From Candidatus Bathyarchaeia archaeon (GTDB taxonomy: Archaea > Thermoproteota > Bathyarchaeia > 40CM-2-53-6): DNA of 64,000 nt. Position 1 is the first letter of the stretch, and each line of letters starts with the position of its first letter. Under the pieces are notes generated by a model that was given only the letters and a program-made list of their open reading frames with translations, did not search any database and had not been told where the DNA came from. This document shows positions 1 to 9,911 of this stretch, piece after piece. Location of the stretch: the NCBI GenBank assembly GCA_049517415.1, contig JBEKSC010000006.1, forward strand, positions 1-64,000, read 5' to 3'. Both the position numbers and the translations under genes were made by a program.

Positions 1-2
1 GC

Positions 3-836
3 CTCATGTTCACTTCGGCCTTCGGATAGCGCTGCTACAAAGGCGCCGATGAATGCGTCCCCGCAGCCCACGGTGTTCACGGCTTTCATGCCTAGTGACT
101 TCAGGTCGAGGGCCCGAGATACTCTTTGTTCCTTCTTACTGTACATGATTGAACCCTTGGCCCCTAACTTGGCCACAACTTTCAGCTCACGGTTGGTCTT
201 CATCATCTTGCGGGCAGCTACACCAAGATTCTTTGTCCCAATCAAAAAGGCCATTTCAGATTCGTTAGCTAACACGTAATCGACTTTCCGTAACATTTCC
301 TCGGAATCTTTGAGGCCTCTTCTTGATTTTACGCCAGGGTCCCATACGATGACCTTGTCGAGTTTTCGTGCTTCACGGGCCAGGTTTAGAGCGGTTTCGA
401 GAGGAGGGTCCATTATGGTGATGACTGACGATTTCGTGATTAATTCACGCCATATTGGATCATCCAGGTAATCTGCGGTGATCTGGGCGTTAGCTCCAAA
501 GTGCGTGTGTACGATGTTTTCTCCCTTTGCGTCGATGATGATGTATGCTTGCCCTGACTCTGTGTCGTTGAAGAACTTCAGGCCTGATACATCCACGCCT
601 TCGTCTTTGAAGATCCTAACCTGGTCGGATGCTACCGCGTCATTCCCCAACCCACCCATTATCGCGACCTGGGTTGGGCCAAGTAGCCTTGCGGCGGCGA
701 CCGCAGCGTTACCTGCTTTCCCGCCTGGGACACGTATGATCCGGCGAACAACTACTTCCTCGCCCCTTCGAGGAAACCTATCAATGAAGAGGTTGAGGTC
801 CCAGTTTATAGCGCCAATGACGATTGTCTTTGCCAA
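3..836 (-). CDS. PfkB/ribokinase-family carbohydrate kinase, runs off the window start
   Basis: Manual translation: AKTIVIGAINWDLN...PGGKAGNAAVAAARL...VNTVGCGDAF; absent from the ORF track because it has no stop in the window. Confidence 0.85.
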   Translation of the reverse strand, partial: MAKTIVIGAINWDLNLFIDRFPRRGEEVVVRRIIRVPGGKAGNAAVAAARLLGPTQVAIMGGLGNDAVASDQVRIFKDEGVDVSGLKFFNDTESGQAYIIIDAKGENIVHTHFGANAQITADYLDDPIWRELITKSSVITIMDPPLETALNLAREARKLDKVIVWDPGVKSRRGLKDSEEMLRKVDYVLANESEMAFLIGTKNLGVAARKMMKTNRELKVVAKLGAKGSIMYSKKEQRVSRALDLKSLGMKAVNTVGCGDAFIGAFVAALSEGRSEHE

Positions 837-1106
837 TGGCAACCACGAGCTTGTAGTCTAATGGAATCTAGATTTACACCTGATATTTGCGTGTTCCACA
901 TCCTCTCTTTTCGAGGTGCAATGCGCCCGATGTTTGGGTGTATGCCACCTTATGATTGGGTGGATGCCACCCTGCGGGAGCGGCGTGTATAACCACCAAA
1001 TTTCTGATGTTATGCCGACATGACTGGCAAGAATCGACACGCCCGATGATTGGGTGTGTCCACTTTTCCCCAATCCGTAATGCGACCGCTGGAATTTGAA
1101 CCGTTG

Positions 1107-1205
1107 TTATTTCTCATAGCAGCTGCACTTTCTTGCCCGGTGGTTTGAACAACCAATCAACCTATGATCCCTGCAACCACAAATAATGCACCTTTTCTCT
1201 GACAT
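1107..1205 (-). CDS. Putative 32-aa Cys/His-rich microprotein
   Basis: MSEKRCIICGCRDHRLIGCSNHRARKCSCYEK; 6 Cys and 2 His, lies in an intergenic gap. Confidence 0.4.
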   Translation of the reverse strand: MSEKRCIICGCRDHRLIGCSNHRARKCSCYEK

Positions 1206-1482
1206 CCTAATCGTCACGTGTCAATCGCTTCTTGAACTGTCGCCTCTTGAAAGTTATGCCTCCTACGGTTTAGAGTTTCTCTGCAAAATGTCCTAAGTAA
1301 CCGTCCCATCCAGAACTTGCGTAGGTAGATCGGCTGAGATTTACCTTCGAATCCAAAGAAAACTGCCGGTATATCTGCCCACAACAAACTTGAAACCGGA
1401 ACAGACACAGGAAAAGCCTCTGTGTTTTTATGTATAATGCGGGTGCGTTAGCGTTTGGCCAACCTATACGGATTCGTTTGAG

Positions 1483-3021
1483 TTGACATTGTCTTCTAAA
1501 ATATTCCTCAGAGAAGCCACTGGACTAACAAAGAAAGTTTCGTTACTAGACGCAGTGGCCATCAACGTTAGTTACATGTCTGTTGGGGCAGCTCTCGCTC
1601 TCGTTGGGTTTACGATGCTAGCCCTTCCGACGGTGTCAGGTGTCAACCTCGTTTTCGGTTCCGCAATTGCCGCATTACTGACTATCCCTCAAATGATCGT
1701 ATACACTATGATGTCGCGTCGCGTGTCAAGGACTGGAGGGGACTATGTGTGGATGTCGCGGTCGCTTGGTGGTTTTCTCGGAAGCACTGTAACGTTAATG
1801 GGTATCACACTCGAAACGATGCCCTACCTCGCGCTTATCGCATTGTCAGCCGTGTTCGCTGTTGGATCTGTCGGGCTATCCCTTGGTTACTCAAACATGT
1901 TGGGTCTCGCGTTACCAGGTAACATAACGGGCTCCGATCCCCTCTCGCAGTTCCTGTTAGCCTCTATACTCGTGTTTACGCTAATCGTAATCAACATACT
2001 GAAGCCTAGGCTTGGATTCAAATTGATCTCAACGTTCTGGATTATCGGCATGGCTGCCGTAGCCCTTGCCGTTGCAACAATACTCACGGCTGGCACGGCG
2101 GGTGTAGAGAAATACGTAAACGGACTGAACATTCCGAATACGACGTACGCCTCTCTCGCCAGCTCATACTCGGGGCCCGCTTTCGATTTGAAATCAACTC
2201 TCTTAATGATGCCTTACTTTGCGCTCTTCACGTATCCTTGGTTTAACGCGGCGCCCTCAGTTGGTTCCGAGTTGGCGGGCAGAGCATCGAAGTGGAACGT
2301 TCCAATCTCGCTCCTTCTAGCCTTCCTCGTCGTTACTATTCCCTTTGGATCGATGTACTATGTTGGAGGGTTCCGGTTCATGACCGCAGCATTCTCAAAC
2401 CCAACTCTAGTGAACAATTACTCATTCAATTTCTGGACTTTGGCTATGGGCGTATCGTCGAATTACGTGCAGGCTTGGATAATAGGCATCGGCTGGGTCG
2501 TGCTGACCGTTGCGATCTTAGCCTTCGGCATAATCACCATCTCCAGGTACATGCTGGCACAGGCTTTTGATCGATACCTTCCGTCACAGCTTGCCTACGT
2601 AAGCCCGAAATACGGCTCGCCCGTGGTCGCGCATGTACTTGACCTTGGAGTAACCATAGGCCTAATCGGCCTAGCGGCCTTTCTATACGGAACGCTTTCC
2701 TCGCTCTACGGTGCCGTAATGGCTTCAATGATTTACTTCGCTTTCGTCGGAATTGCAGCCGTAATCTATGCTGTGAGGAAGGAGAGGGGAGGCGCCAAGG
2801 TCCTACTTGCAGCCTCAGGGGTCCTACAGTCCCTTGTCTTCGCCTATTTGACCTACGAATTCCTAAGCTATCCAAGAGTTTGGGGAGGTAACCCGTTAGC
2901 CTACGGCTACATCGCCGCCACTTTCATAGTGGGCGCCTTACTATACGTAATCACGAAGAACAAGCTTCGGAATGAGGGCTTGAACATATCACTAACGTTC
3001 AAAGATATTCCCCCGGAGTAG
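1483..3021 (+). CDS. APC-family amino acid permease
   Basis: FLREATGLTK N-terminus, RTGGDYVW, many TM segments, FKDIPPE C-terminus. Confidence 0.9.
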   Translation: MTLSSKIFLREATGLTKKVSLLDAVAINVSYMSVGAALALVGFTMLALPTVSGVNLVFGSAIAALLTIPQMIVYTMMSRRVSRTGGDYVWMSRSLGGFLGSTVTLMGITLETMPYLALIALSAVFAVGSVGLSLGYSNMLGLALPGNITGSDPLSQFLLASILVFTLIVINILKPRLGFKLISTFWIIGMAAVALAVATILTAGTAGVEKYVNGLNIPNTTYASLASSYSGPAFDLKSTLLMMPYFALFTYPWFNAAPSVGSELAGRASKWNVPISLLLAFLVVTIPFGSMYYVGGFRFMTAAFSNPTLVNNYSFNFWTLAMGVSSNYVQAWIIGIGWVVLTVAILAFGIITISRYMLAQAFDRYLPSQLAYVSPKYGSPVVAHVLDLGVTIGLIGLAAFLYGTLSSLYGAVMASMIYFAFVGIAAVIYAVRKERGGAKVLLAASGVLQSLVFAYLTYEFLSYPRVWGGNPLAYGYIAATFIVGALLYVITKNKLRNEGLNISLTFKDIPPE

Positions 3022-3074
3022 CACATCGCCTCAACCGGAGTAATTGTAAGCGTAGAGGGTCGCTGTTGGAGACT

Positions 3075-3809
3075 TTACTTTTTCTTGTTGGGGTACGGGC
3101 ACAGATTCTCTACCGGACAGGTGGAGCAGAGCGGCCTCCGTGCTCTGCAAGTCTGTCTCCCATGCGCCATCATATACAACGGGACGAAACGCGCATCCTC
3201 TTCACGAAACAGCTGCATCAAGAACACTCTAACCTTTTCATACCCAGCTTTCCTTGGGGCGAAGCCGAGCCGTTTCGAAACGCGGTCTACGTGTGTATCC
3301 ACAGATATTGTGGGACGGCCTAAAACACCTAGTAGAACGTCCGCTGTTTTTGGTCCCACTCTCGGCAATTCCTGGAGTGCAACCCGCACTTCTTCAACCG
3401 AGCCGTTCAGTGCGGTTTCAACGTTACCCGAATATCGTTCAGCAATGACTTTGGCGAGCTGCTTTAGGCCTCGTGCCTTTTGCTTATGCAAACCTGCAAC
3501 GTGGATAGCTTTCTCTATAGTCCGCACGTTTGCTCCGCTTAACCCAGTTACGGTTACGCCTACTCTCCGGTCAAGGTTTCTGAAGGCTCTGAGTGCAGCC
3601 ACATCTGTACAGTTCTGTGTAAGAACGGTTACGACAAGAATACGGAAAGGATCTGGTGTTTCTTTTGTCACAGTCAATGTGGCGAAGTCTTTCTCACGTA
3701 TGACGAGCGTAGCGCGGAGGATATTGAGAATTTTCTGGGCCCGGTCTCTCTCAGATTTGAGAACTATATTTTCCAATTGTGATTGTTCTTCAGGCGAGTG
3801 CGTTCGCAA
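3075..3809 (-). CDS. nth: Endonuclease III (HhH-GPD, 4Fe-4S)
   Basis: LPRVGPKTA HhH motif, VDTHV, C-x6-C-x2-C-x5-C. Confidence 0.9.
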   Translation of the reverse strand: MRTHSPEEQSQLENIVLKSERDRAQKILNILRATLVIREKDFATLTVTKETPDPFRILVVTVLTQNCTDVAALRAFRNLDRRVGVTVTGLSGANVRTIEKAIHVAGLHKQKARGLKQLAKVIAERYSGNVETALNGSVEEVRVALQELPRVGPKTADVLLGVLGRPTISVDTHVDRVSKRLGFAPRKAGYEKVRVFLMQLFREEDARFVPLYMMAHGRQTCRARRPLCSTCPVENLCPYPNKKK

Positions 3810-4146
3810 TCAGAATTGTTCTCGTGCCGTAAACTAGCAGTAAGATCCCTGCAACCGCTAAAATCCATGAAACGCCACGTTCCCATCTTTGGCCTTGGTG
3901 GAATTCTATGAGAATCACTCGAATTCCGTTCAAAGCGTGATAGTCGACGAAGACTAGAAGGAGTTCCAAGGTGGTGGCAAGAATCAAGTTTCGGTAGACC
4001 TCGATCACAGAGTATGCGCCGCCGCTGAATGCAAGGTTCTGAAGGTATGGGCCGGTCAAGAAAACGGTGAAGAGGTGGAGGCCTCCAGCAATGACGATGC
4101 CAAGTCCCGTGATGTAGTGGAAAAGCATCTTAGTGGATTCTTTCAT
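3790..4146 (-). CDS. sdhD: Succinate dehydrogenase membrane anchor subunit
   Basis: 3 TM segments, HYITG and YHALNGIR heme motifs, follows the sdhC-like gene. Confidence 0.75.
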   Translation of the reverse strand: MKESTKMLFHYITGLGIVIAGGLHLFTVFLTGPYLQNLAFSGGAYSVIEVYRNLILATTLELLLVFVDYHALNGIRVILIEFHQGQRWERGVSWILAVAGILLLVYGTRTILIANALA

Positions 4147-4149
4147 GCC

Positions 4150-4635
4150 TCAAACCCCGAAGAAGACGTTTAGAGCGTACACGGCTGTTGCCACTGCGAA
4201 GATTACGCTCAGCCAGAATAGAGCTCTCTGCGACTTTGTGAAGGATTTTGGTTCATAGGGAAAGTCAGGCCTGGTGGGCCGGCCCTGCAACAATCCGAAC
4301 TCAGTCAGCGTGAGCCTGATTCCGTTTATTGTGTGGTATGCGAGCATGAAGCCGATGACAACTAGGCCGGTGTCGAAGACGGGGTTATCTAGGAATTGGA
4401 AGGTTGCTGTCCAAACATCCTTCGCTGAATTGAATGAAGGTACGCTCCAAACGGCCATGCCGCCAACTACGTTCCCGGTTTCCACAATATGTGCCAAGAA
4501 GTAAGCGGTGACGGCGATGCCGGATATCCTCTGCAGAGCATAGGCCCACCTCTCTAGGTTGTACCTTGCGGGGTACAGCCAACCGAGCAATGCTTTCTTC
4601 AGTTCAGAGATGAGGGGTTCGGCCACCCGAACCAC
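4150..4635 (-). CDS. sdhC: Succinate dehydrogenase cytochrome b subunit
   Basis: ERWAYALQRISG, YHTINGIRL. Confidence 0.8.
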   Translation of the reverse strand: MVRVAEPLISELKKALLGWLYPARYNLERWAYALQRISGIAVTAYFLAHIVETGNVVGGMAVWSVPSFNSAKDVWTATFQFLDNPVFDTGLVVIGFMLAYHTINGIRLTLTEFGLLQGRPTRPDFPYEPKSFTKSQRALFWLSVIFAVATAVYALNVFFGV

Positions 4636-5027
4636 TACTGCGCCTTAGTTTCCCAGAGGCCTACCACGTTCCCTTCACTGTCTTGAAAGTAAGCTGCGAA
4701 GCCCATGTCGCTTACGGGCATTTTCTTCCGGATCATTTTTCCGCCGTTCTTCTGGATGCGCTTTTCGGCTTCGTCGATGCTGACCACGTTGATCGTGACG
4801 GTCGTGTGTTTGACTGGATCTTCGCGTTCAAGCATGCCGCCGTTTATTGCGCCAGGTTGAGTAGGGCGGCCATCTTCATCTGAAGGAGTAGTCCCAACGA
4901 TCGTGTAACCCATTTCAGGGATGGCGTTGATTGACCAGTCAAAAGTTTCCTTGTAAAACTTCTGTGCCCTTCCCAAGTTATCAACAGGAATTTCGAAGTG
5001 CACAACGCTATCTGGCATAGGACTCAT
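4635..5027 (-). CDS. VOC/glyoxalase-family protein
   Basis: VVHFEIP, GAINGG, AYFQDSEGNVVGLWE. Confidence 0.9.
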   Translation of the reverse strand: MSPMPDSVVHFEIPVDNLGRAQKFYKETFDWSINAIPEMGYTIVGTTPSDEDGRPTQPGAINGGMLEREDPVKHTTVTINVVSIDEAEKRIQKNGGKMIRKKMPVSDMGFAAYFQDSEGNVVGLWETKAQ

Positions 5028-5194
5028 CTCGGGCTGGAACTGGCGAGGTTCATAAAAGCGTTTGGGGAAGCGATTGAATCCACATCGAGTCGGGCCTTTT
5101 CAGCCAAACGACATCACTCATCTCTCCGTGGGAACGCTTGCTCCTCGTTCGGATATTTTGTGCACGGCGTTTTAGTGCATTGGGCGAATCTGCA

Positions 5195-5779
5195 ATGCGA
5201 AATAGTGCACTCGCCGCTAGACCTCGTGCACGTAGGAGGTCATTCAACATTACGCTTCGGCTGAGTCCAGCTATTGCTTATACTCTTCTGGTTCTGGCCA
5301 AGTCGGAGGATAGAACACGCACGCATATCGTTAACCGAGCCGTAAAACACTACTTGGAAAGCTACTACCCGGGTACCCGAATCCTCAGGAGTCGAGTGGG
5401 GACGATTAATGTTGATTTGAAAATGTGGGCCGTTGGAGTTCGATCCGAGGCGTTATGGGGAGACAAGAATGTTCGCTATGATTCATCTAACAAACTTGAT
5501 GAGGCCTTCGAGGAGGCTCTCAAACTTGCCCTCTACGCCGGCAAAAGAATGAAGCTTGAGATGGGGTTTCACACGTACATGTTGGCGTCCCACCTAGCAG
5601 AAGCAAAAGCCTTGACGCTCCAAGACGCGGAAAGAACAGTATTGCTAGAAATCGCACTTAACGCAGAAAAGGAACTCGATGCTCTCGAAGGGATGGTAGC
5701 AAGCGGAAAAGGAGATGCAGACGATGAGGCTAAGACGCAACCTGACGAAGAGCGTGAGTCTCAGAGCTCAGAGTTCTGA
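5195..5779 (+). CDS. Hypothetical protein with N-terminal RHH-like segment; start uncertain (5138-5195)
   Basis: FNITLRLSPAIAYTLLVLAKSEDRTRTHIVNRAVKHYLE has CopG-type strand-helix-helix spacing. Confidence 0.6.
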   Translation: MRNSALAARPRARRRSFNITLRLSPAIAYTLLVLAKSEDRTRTHIVNRAVKHYLESYYPGTRILRSRVGTINVDLKMWAVGVRSEALWGDKNVRYDSSNKLDEAFEEALKLALYAGKRMKLEMGFHTYMLASHLAEAKALTLQDAERTVLLEIALNAEKELDALEGMVASGKGDADDEAKTQPDEERESQSSEF

Positions 5780-5800
5780 AGGCTTCACGTTCACTCATTG

Positions 5801-6409
5801 TTAGACTGGGACGCTTCCCAGTCCCTTGTGCCTAACGTGCTTCCCGCCTTGGCCTTTGAAGCGTTCTTGGTCCCAAATGTTCCCTCGCTCATGGTAACCG
5901 AAATTCTCCCAATACCCGTCCTCGTACTCGCGTATGAATTCAACGCCCGTCAGCCACTTTGCGCTCTTCCACCCGTAGAGGTGTGGAATGAAAGGGCGCG
6001 CGGGGAACCCTTGCTGAGTTGGAATCGGTTTGCCATTCATTTTGAAAGCAATTAGGGAATCTTCAACCATCGCGTCCTCAAACGGGACAGGTGCAGTGTA
6101 ACCGTCCCCACAGTGGAACATGATCCACTGCGCGTCAGCCTTGACGCCTGTTAACTTCGCGAGTTCGCGAAATGGGACGCCTTCCCAGACAACGTCCTTT
6201 ACGCTCCAAGAAGTTACGCAATGAAAGTCTCTCTTGAGTTGAACTTGAGGTAGCTTCTGCAGATCATCGAAGCTGAGGCTCAGTTCTTTCTCGACCAGGC
6301 CCTTTGTTGACAAACGCCATGTGTCGAGTTTGATTTCAGGCACACCAAGGGTCGCGTAGATCGCCCAACGTTTGGCAAAGGATTGTCCCGGTGGAATCGA
6401 AGTTTGCAT
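5801..6409 (-). CDS. Sulfite oxidase-like molybdopterin oxidoreductase
   Basis: PPGQ, DFHCVTSWS, GFPAR, YGWKSAKW, GYWE-x2-GYH. Confidence 0.9.
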   Translation of the reverse strand: MQTSIPPGQSFAKRWAIYATLGVPEIKLDTWRLSTKGLVEKELSLSFDDLQKLPQVQLKRDFHCVTSWSVKDVVWEGVPFRELAKLTGVKADAQWIMFHCGDGYTAPVPFEDAMVEDSLIAFKMNGKPIPTQQGFPARPFIPHLYGWKSAKWLTGVEFIREYEDGYWENFGYHERGNIWDQERFKGQGGKHVRHKGLGSVPV

Positions 6410-6579
6410 TTTTCCTCTCCCAAACGATTCTTGCGATTCTAATATGTGAATGGGCTAGGTCCGCTAAAAAAGGCGCCCTTTAATGATGCCTTGGAACAGT
6501 CTAATCGGAGCACAGAAGCGGAAAGAGCGTTATTTCGCAGGCGAATAGGCCACATTTCAATCATAGGGGGACTTGGTCT

Positions 6580-7158
6580 TTGAAAATGTTAGATCTCACC
6601 GCTGACCTTTCTCTCGATCTCTTCGTTCGCGACATCCACGCCGGGACGCACATCGAGGCTCCGGCTTACCTTTTCGGTGGCGGAAAGCGGATCGACCAAT
6701 TTGGGTTAGAATCGTTCGTAGCAGAATCGATCCTTCTCGATCTCACGGATAAAGAGCCTGGGCAGCCGATTGATGATGAGGATTTGGAGGGTGCTGAGGA
6801 ACGTGCGGGGATAGGATTGCGCGAGGGCGAGGTTGTTCTTCTCCACACAGGTAGGGATGATTCCAAACACGATGATACCGTCCCAATGCCTCATCCTTAC
6901 TTGAGCGTGAACGGGGCGGAATACCTAGAATTCAAACGCCCGTTCATGGTTGGAACCGACGCGCCGAGCATAGACCCGAATGGCAGTAAGCAATTATCAG
7001 CGCATTCGATCTTGATGAGGGCCGGAATTTTAGTCTTGGAGAGCCTGTGCAATTTGGACAAGATTCAGCAATCGAGGTTTCGGCTGCTTGCGCTTCCGCT
7101 TAAGCTAAGGGGGTCGACTTCACCTGTACGCGCCGTGGCAATCCTAGAAGAAATTTAG
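6580..7158 (+). CDS. Cyclase (kynurenine formamidase-like) family protein
   Basis: HAGTHIEAP, VGTDAPSID, ALPLKL...SPVRAVA. Confidence 0.85.
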   Translation: MKMLDLTADLSLDLFVRDIHAGTHIEAPAYLFGGGKRIDQFGLESFVAESILLDLTDKEPGQPIDDEDLEGAEERAGIGLREGEVVLLHTGRDDSKHDDTVPMPHPYLSVNGAEYLEFKRPFMVGTDAPSIDPNGSKQLSAHSILMRAGILVLESLCNLDKIQQSRFRLLALPLKLRGSTSPVRAVAILEEI

Positions 7159-7177
7159 GTGCATTGCTTCCGTTCTT

Positions 7178-8068
7178 CTAGCGTGGGTAGTATCGGCCGG
7201 TTCCCATGGTTTCCGCGATGTGTTCTAGGCGGGAGATGCGTTTCTGTGTTGAAGGGTGGGTTGAGAAGAGCTCTCCGATAAGTGAACCTCGAAATGGGTT
7301 GATGATGTACAGCGTGGAGAGTGCGGGGTTTGCGTTTTTGCGAGCGGGCCTTTGTTTCGCGTAGGCGTCTATTTTTTCAAGTGCGCTTGCCAAGGCTATT
7401 GGGTTCCTCGATAATTTTGCGCCCCCTTCATCAGCTGAGTATTCGCGGGTTCTGGAGACTGCAAGTTGCACGAGCATTGCAGCAAAGGGGGCTAATATCA
7501 TCATTAGGAGGAGGCTGATTATGTTCCCCTGCTGTCGGTCGCGGCCTCCATATCCTCCACTATAGCCGAAAGCGCCTCCGAACAGCCATCCCCATTGGGC
7601 TAAGTAGGTGATGGCACCCGCTACTGTGGCTACGATCGTGGTCGTCAGCGTATCCCAATTCCTAACATGGGTCAATTCGTGCGCGAGAACAGCTTCGAGT
7701 TCTTCGTCGTTCAGGATGTTCAGAAGGCTTGTGTGAACAGCCACGGTGGCGTTGTTGGGGCTGCGGCCGGTTGCGAACGCGTTTGGAATGGGGCTGTTGA
7801 CAAGTGCAACTTTTGGCATCGGGGTTCCAGTTTCCGCTGTAAGCCTACTCAGTGCAGAGTAGACTCGAGGAGCCTCCTGTTCAGTGACTATGTGGGCGCC
7901 GCCCATGCGTAAGACGAACTTGTCGCTGAACCAATAGATTATGAGGTTCATGAAAGCGGCGAAGCCGAGTGCAAGAAGTGGTGAGAGGCCTAACAAGTAT
8001 GCGATTACAAAGAGGATGCCCGTAAGAACTCCGATGAGGAGGGTCGTCTTGATGAACGTCCAAACCAT
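7178..8068 (-). CDS. htpX: Zinc metalloprotease HtpX (M48)
   Basis: PNAFATG, HELTH, SRTREYSAD, FSTHP. Confidence 0.92.
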   Translation of the reverse strand: MVWTFIKTTLLIGVLTGILFVIAYLLGLSPLLALGFAAFMNLIIYWFSDKFVLRMGGAHIVTEQEAPRVYSALSRLTAETGTPMPKVALVNSPIPNAFATGRSPNNATVAVHTSLLNILNDEELEAVLAHELTHVRNWDTLTTTIVATVAGAITYLAQWGWLFGGAFGYSGGYGGRDRQQGNIISLLLMMILAPFAAMLVQLAVSRTREYSADEGGAKLSRNPIALASALEKIDAYAKQRPARKNANPALSTLYIINPFRGSLIGELFSTHPSTQKRISRLEHIAETMGTGRYYPR

Positions 8069-8279
8069 GGCTTACACGTCCTATTTTGTTACCTCAAGTA
8101 ACAAGTGCTATAAATTCTTACCGCTATGGTTCTGTTGCGATCAAGGCTCACATTCGAAAAATCGGCTCAATTTTATGGGTGTTGCATCACGGCTCATTTG
8201 GGGCTTCTATTAACATCACGGGTTCTGTTACCTCTGTATCGGACGGGAGAGCCTGTTACCTTTCGGGAAGAAGGTAGGT

Positions 8280-8483
8280 CTACTTCTTCGTCAAGCCCTT
8301 TGCGTTCAGATACATTAGATGGGCTGAAAATCGCGGACATTCTTTGAATTGCGTTGAGTTGTTGCAGAGATTCTTTCGTTCTTCCCTGGTTGGCTTATAG
8401 TATCCAGCAGCAGAGACTGCTCTGTTCGCGACAACCTTTGCTTGCGCTGTACAATAACCCTGTAGCAAATACACGCAATCCAT
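8280..8483 (-). CDS. Small Cys-rich hypothetical protein (67 aa)
   Basis: ATG start, four spaced Cys (C-x7-C...C-x8-CPRF), fills an intergenic gap. Confidence 0.6.
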   Translation of the reverse strand: MDCVYLLQGYCTAQAKVVANRAVSAAGYYKPTREERKNLCNNSTQFKECPRFSAHLMYLNAKGLTKK

Positions 8484-9180
8484 CGGGTTTTCCTCACATA
8501 GAATTTCCGTATATCAAACATAAGACTTTGCCAATGACTGTTTTCACCTCACTCTAGCGTTCCAAAATTACGGTTGCTAGAGTAATCCGACGGTTTTTTA
8601 CAGCCCCAAGCGTCCGACAGAAACTTTACAGAGCCTTTAGAGGTGCCCAAAAGTCCCGACATGTAACACCAAAAGGCAGAACCCTAAGACGTAACAGAGC
8701 CTTCAGCCGTATCTGGGTCTTAAACTTTGAAGCTTGGATTCTCGGATTCCTCGGTCTAGTCCTCGATAAGGAACTGTTGCGTTCACGGCTCAGTCCGCTA
8801 TTGTCAGAAATTGTTTGCTACAGTCCCAGGGAGAATTTGATAGAGCGTAACGTTCGCCAGGCCGAATATCCTCCGAATCAATGACCGAAGTTTCCGAAAT
8901 CCCCTCTTAACGTAGAACAGAATGCGTGCCCAGACGCTTACGATCGCTGCGATTATTTCCATATGGAGCATAGGATCCAAGATAAATCCCACGTAAACGT
9001 GGCCAATACCTCATCTTATCTCTTAGGTCAAGACACCAAACAAGGACTTGACAAAACCAAATCTAGGACACCAGACGGTTGGTCTTCTCATACCACATGA
9101 CAAGGACCCGTTACCCACACTGTTTTCGCCTGTAAGCTGACGGTTCTTGAATGCATGTTTCTAGGATGTTGACTTTCGTG

Positions 9181-9813
9181 TCATACTGGCAGAAGTGTGG
9201 TCGTGATTATGAGGGTAGAGCCGACGATAAGAAAAACGACGAGCGAGAGAAGCCTAATCCTTGCTAACGAGAGCACCTTAGTTAACCGATTTCCAATAGA
9301 AGTTTCAACTGCCGTTGCTGCCACGAGGCCCGTTAAGGCTCCGACAAAAACGAGGAGCGCATTTCCGAATCGGGCAACGAAGACGATTGTTAGAATTTCG
9401 GTCGCGTCACCAGCAAGGTCGAGGATAGCCAGCATAGACACCATGCCTGCGAATGCGGAAAGTAGGTTCCTTCTGGAAGAATAAGCCAAGAGCCTGTTCC
9501 TATCCTTCGCAAGCTCCTTTTCCTGCTTCTTCTTGCTGACCTTGAAGAACTCCCATAATCCATAGCCAATCATAATTACGCCGCCCGTGATCTTGATCCA
9601 GAAGACTGGGAAGGAGCTTACCAGAAACTGGCCTATTGTGACGATTATTGTGGTCGTGATCGTAAATGCGGTTACCCCAGCCGCGAACACCAACGATTGT
9701 TTGGTTCTTGTCGCTAGGGCAATCAAGAGAAGAGCGTCCTTATCGGTCAGCTCTGCAACGAAAATTGCTGAAGCCATTAAGGCTAGGGCTGAAGCTACTT
9801 CCAATCTCCACAC
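9181..9813 (-). CDS. TMEM165/GDT1-family cation transporter
   Basis: Repeated ELTDKD / DLAGDATE motifs, about 6 TM segments. Confidence 0.8.
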   Translation of the reverse strand: MWRLEVASALALMASAIFVAELTDKDALLLIALATRTKQSLVFAAGVTAFTITTTIIVTIGQFLVSSFPVFWIKITGGVIMIGYGLWEFFKVSKKKQEKELAKDRNRLLAYSSRRNLLSAFAGMVSMLAILDLAGDATEILTIVFVARFGNALLVFVGALTGLVAATAVETSIGNRLTKVLSLARIRLLSLVVFLIVGSTLIITTTLLPV

Positions 9814-9911
9814 TCACGTTTTCATGTCTTCGTATCAGTGAACTCATTGGAACCAGCGCTGAGAGGCGCCGGCGTCACACAGGTTTATGATCTCCGCGGT
9901 TTGGTTTGACC

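Noticed and set aside
3085..3837. 250-aa plus-strand ORF and similar antisense ORFs (478-861, 48983-49498, 52682-53302)
   Set aside because: Antisense shadows of well-supported genes.
8804..8992. 62-aa amphipathic ORF
   Set aside because: Possible, but no motif or context supports it.
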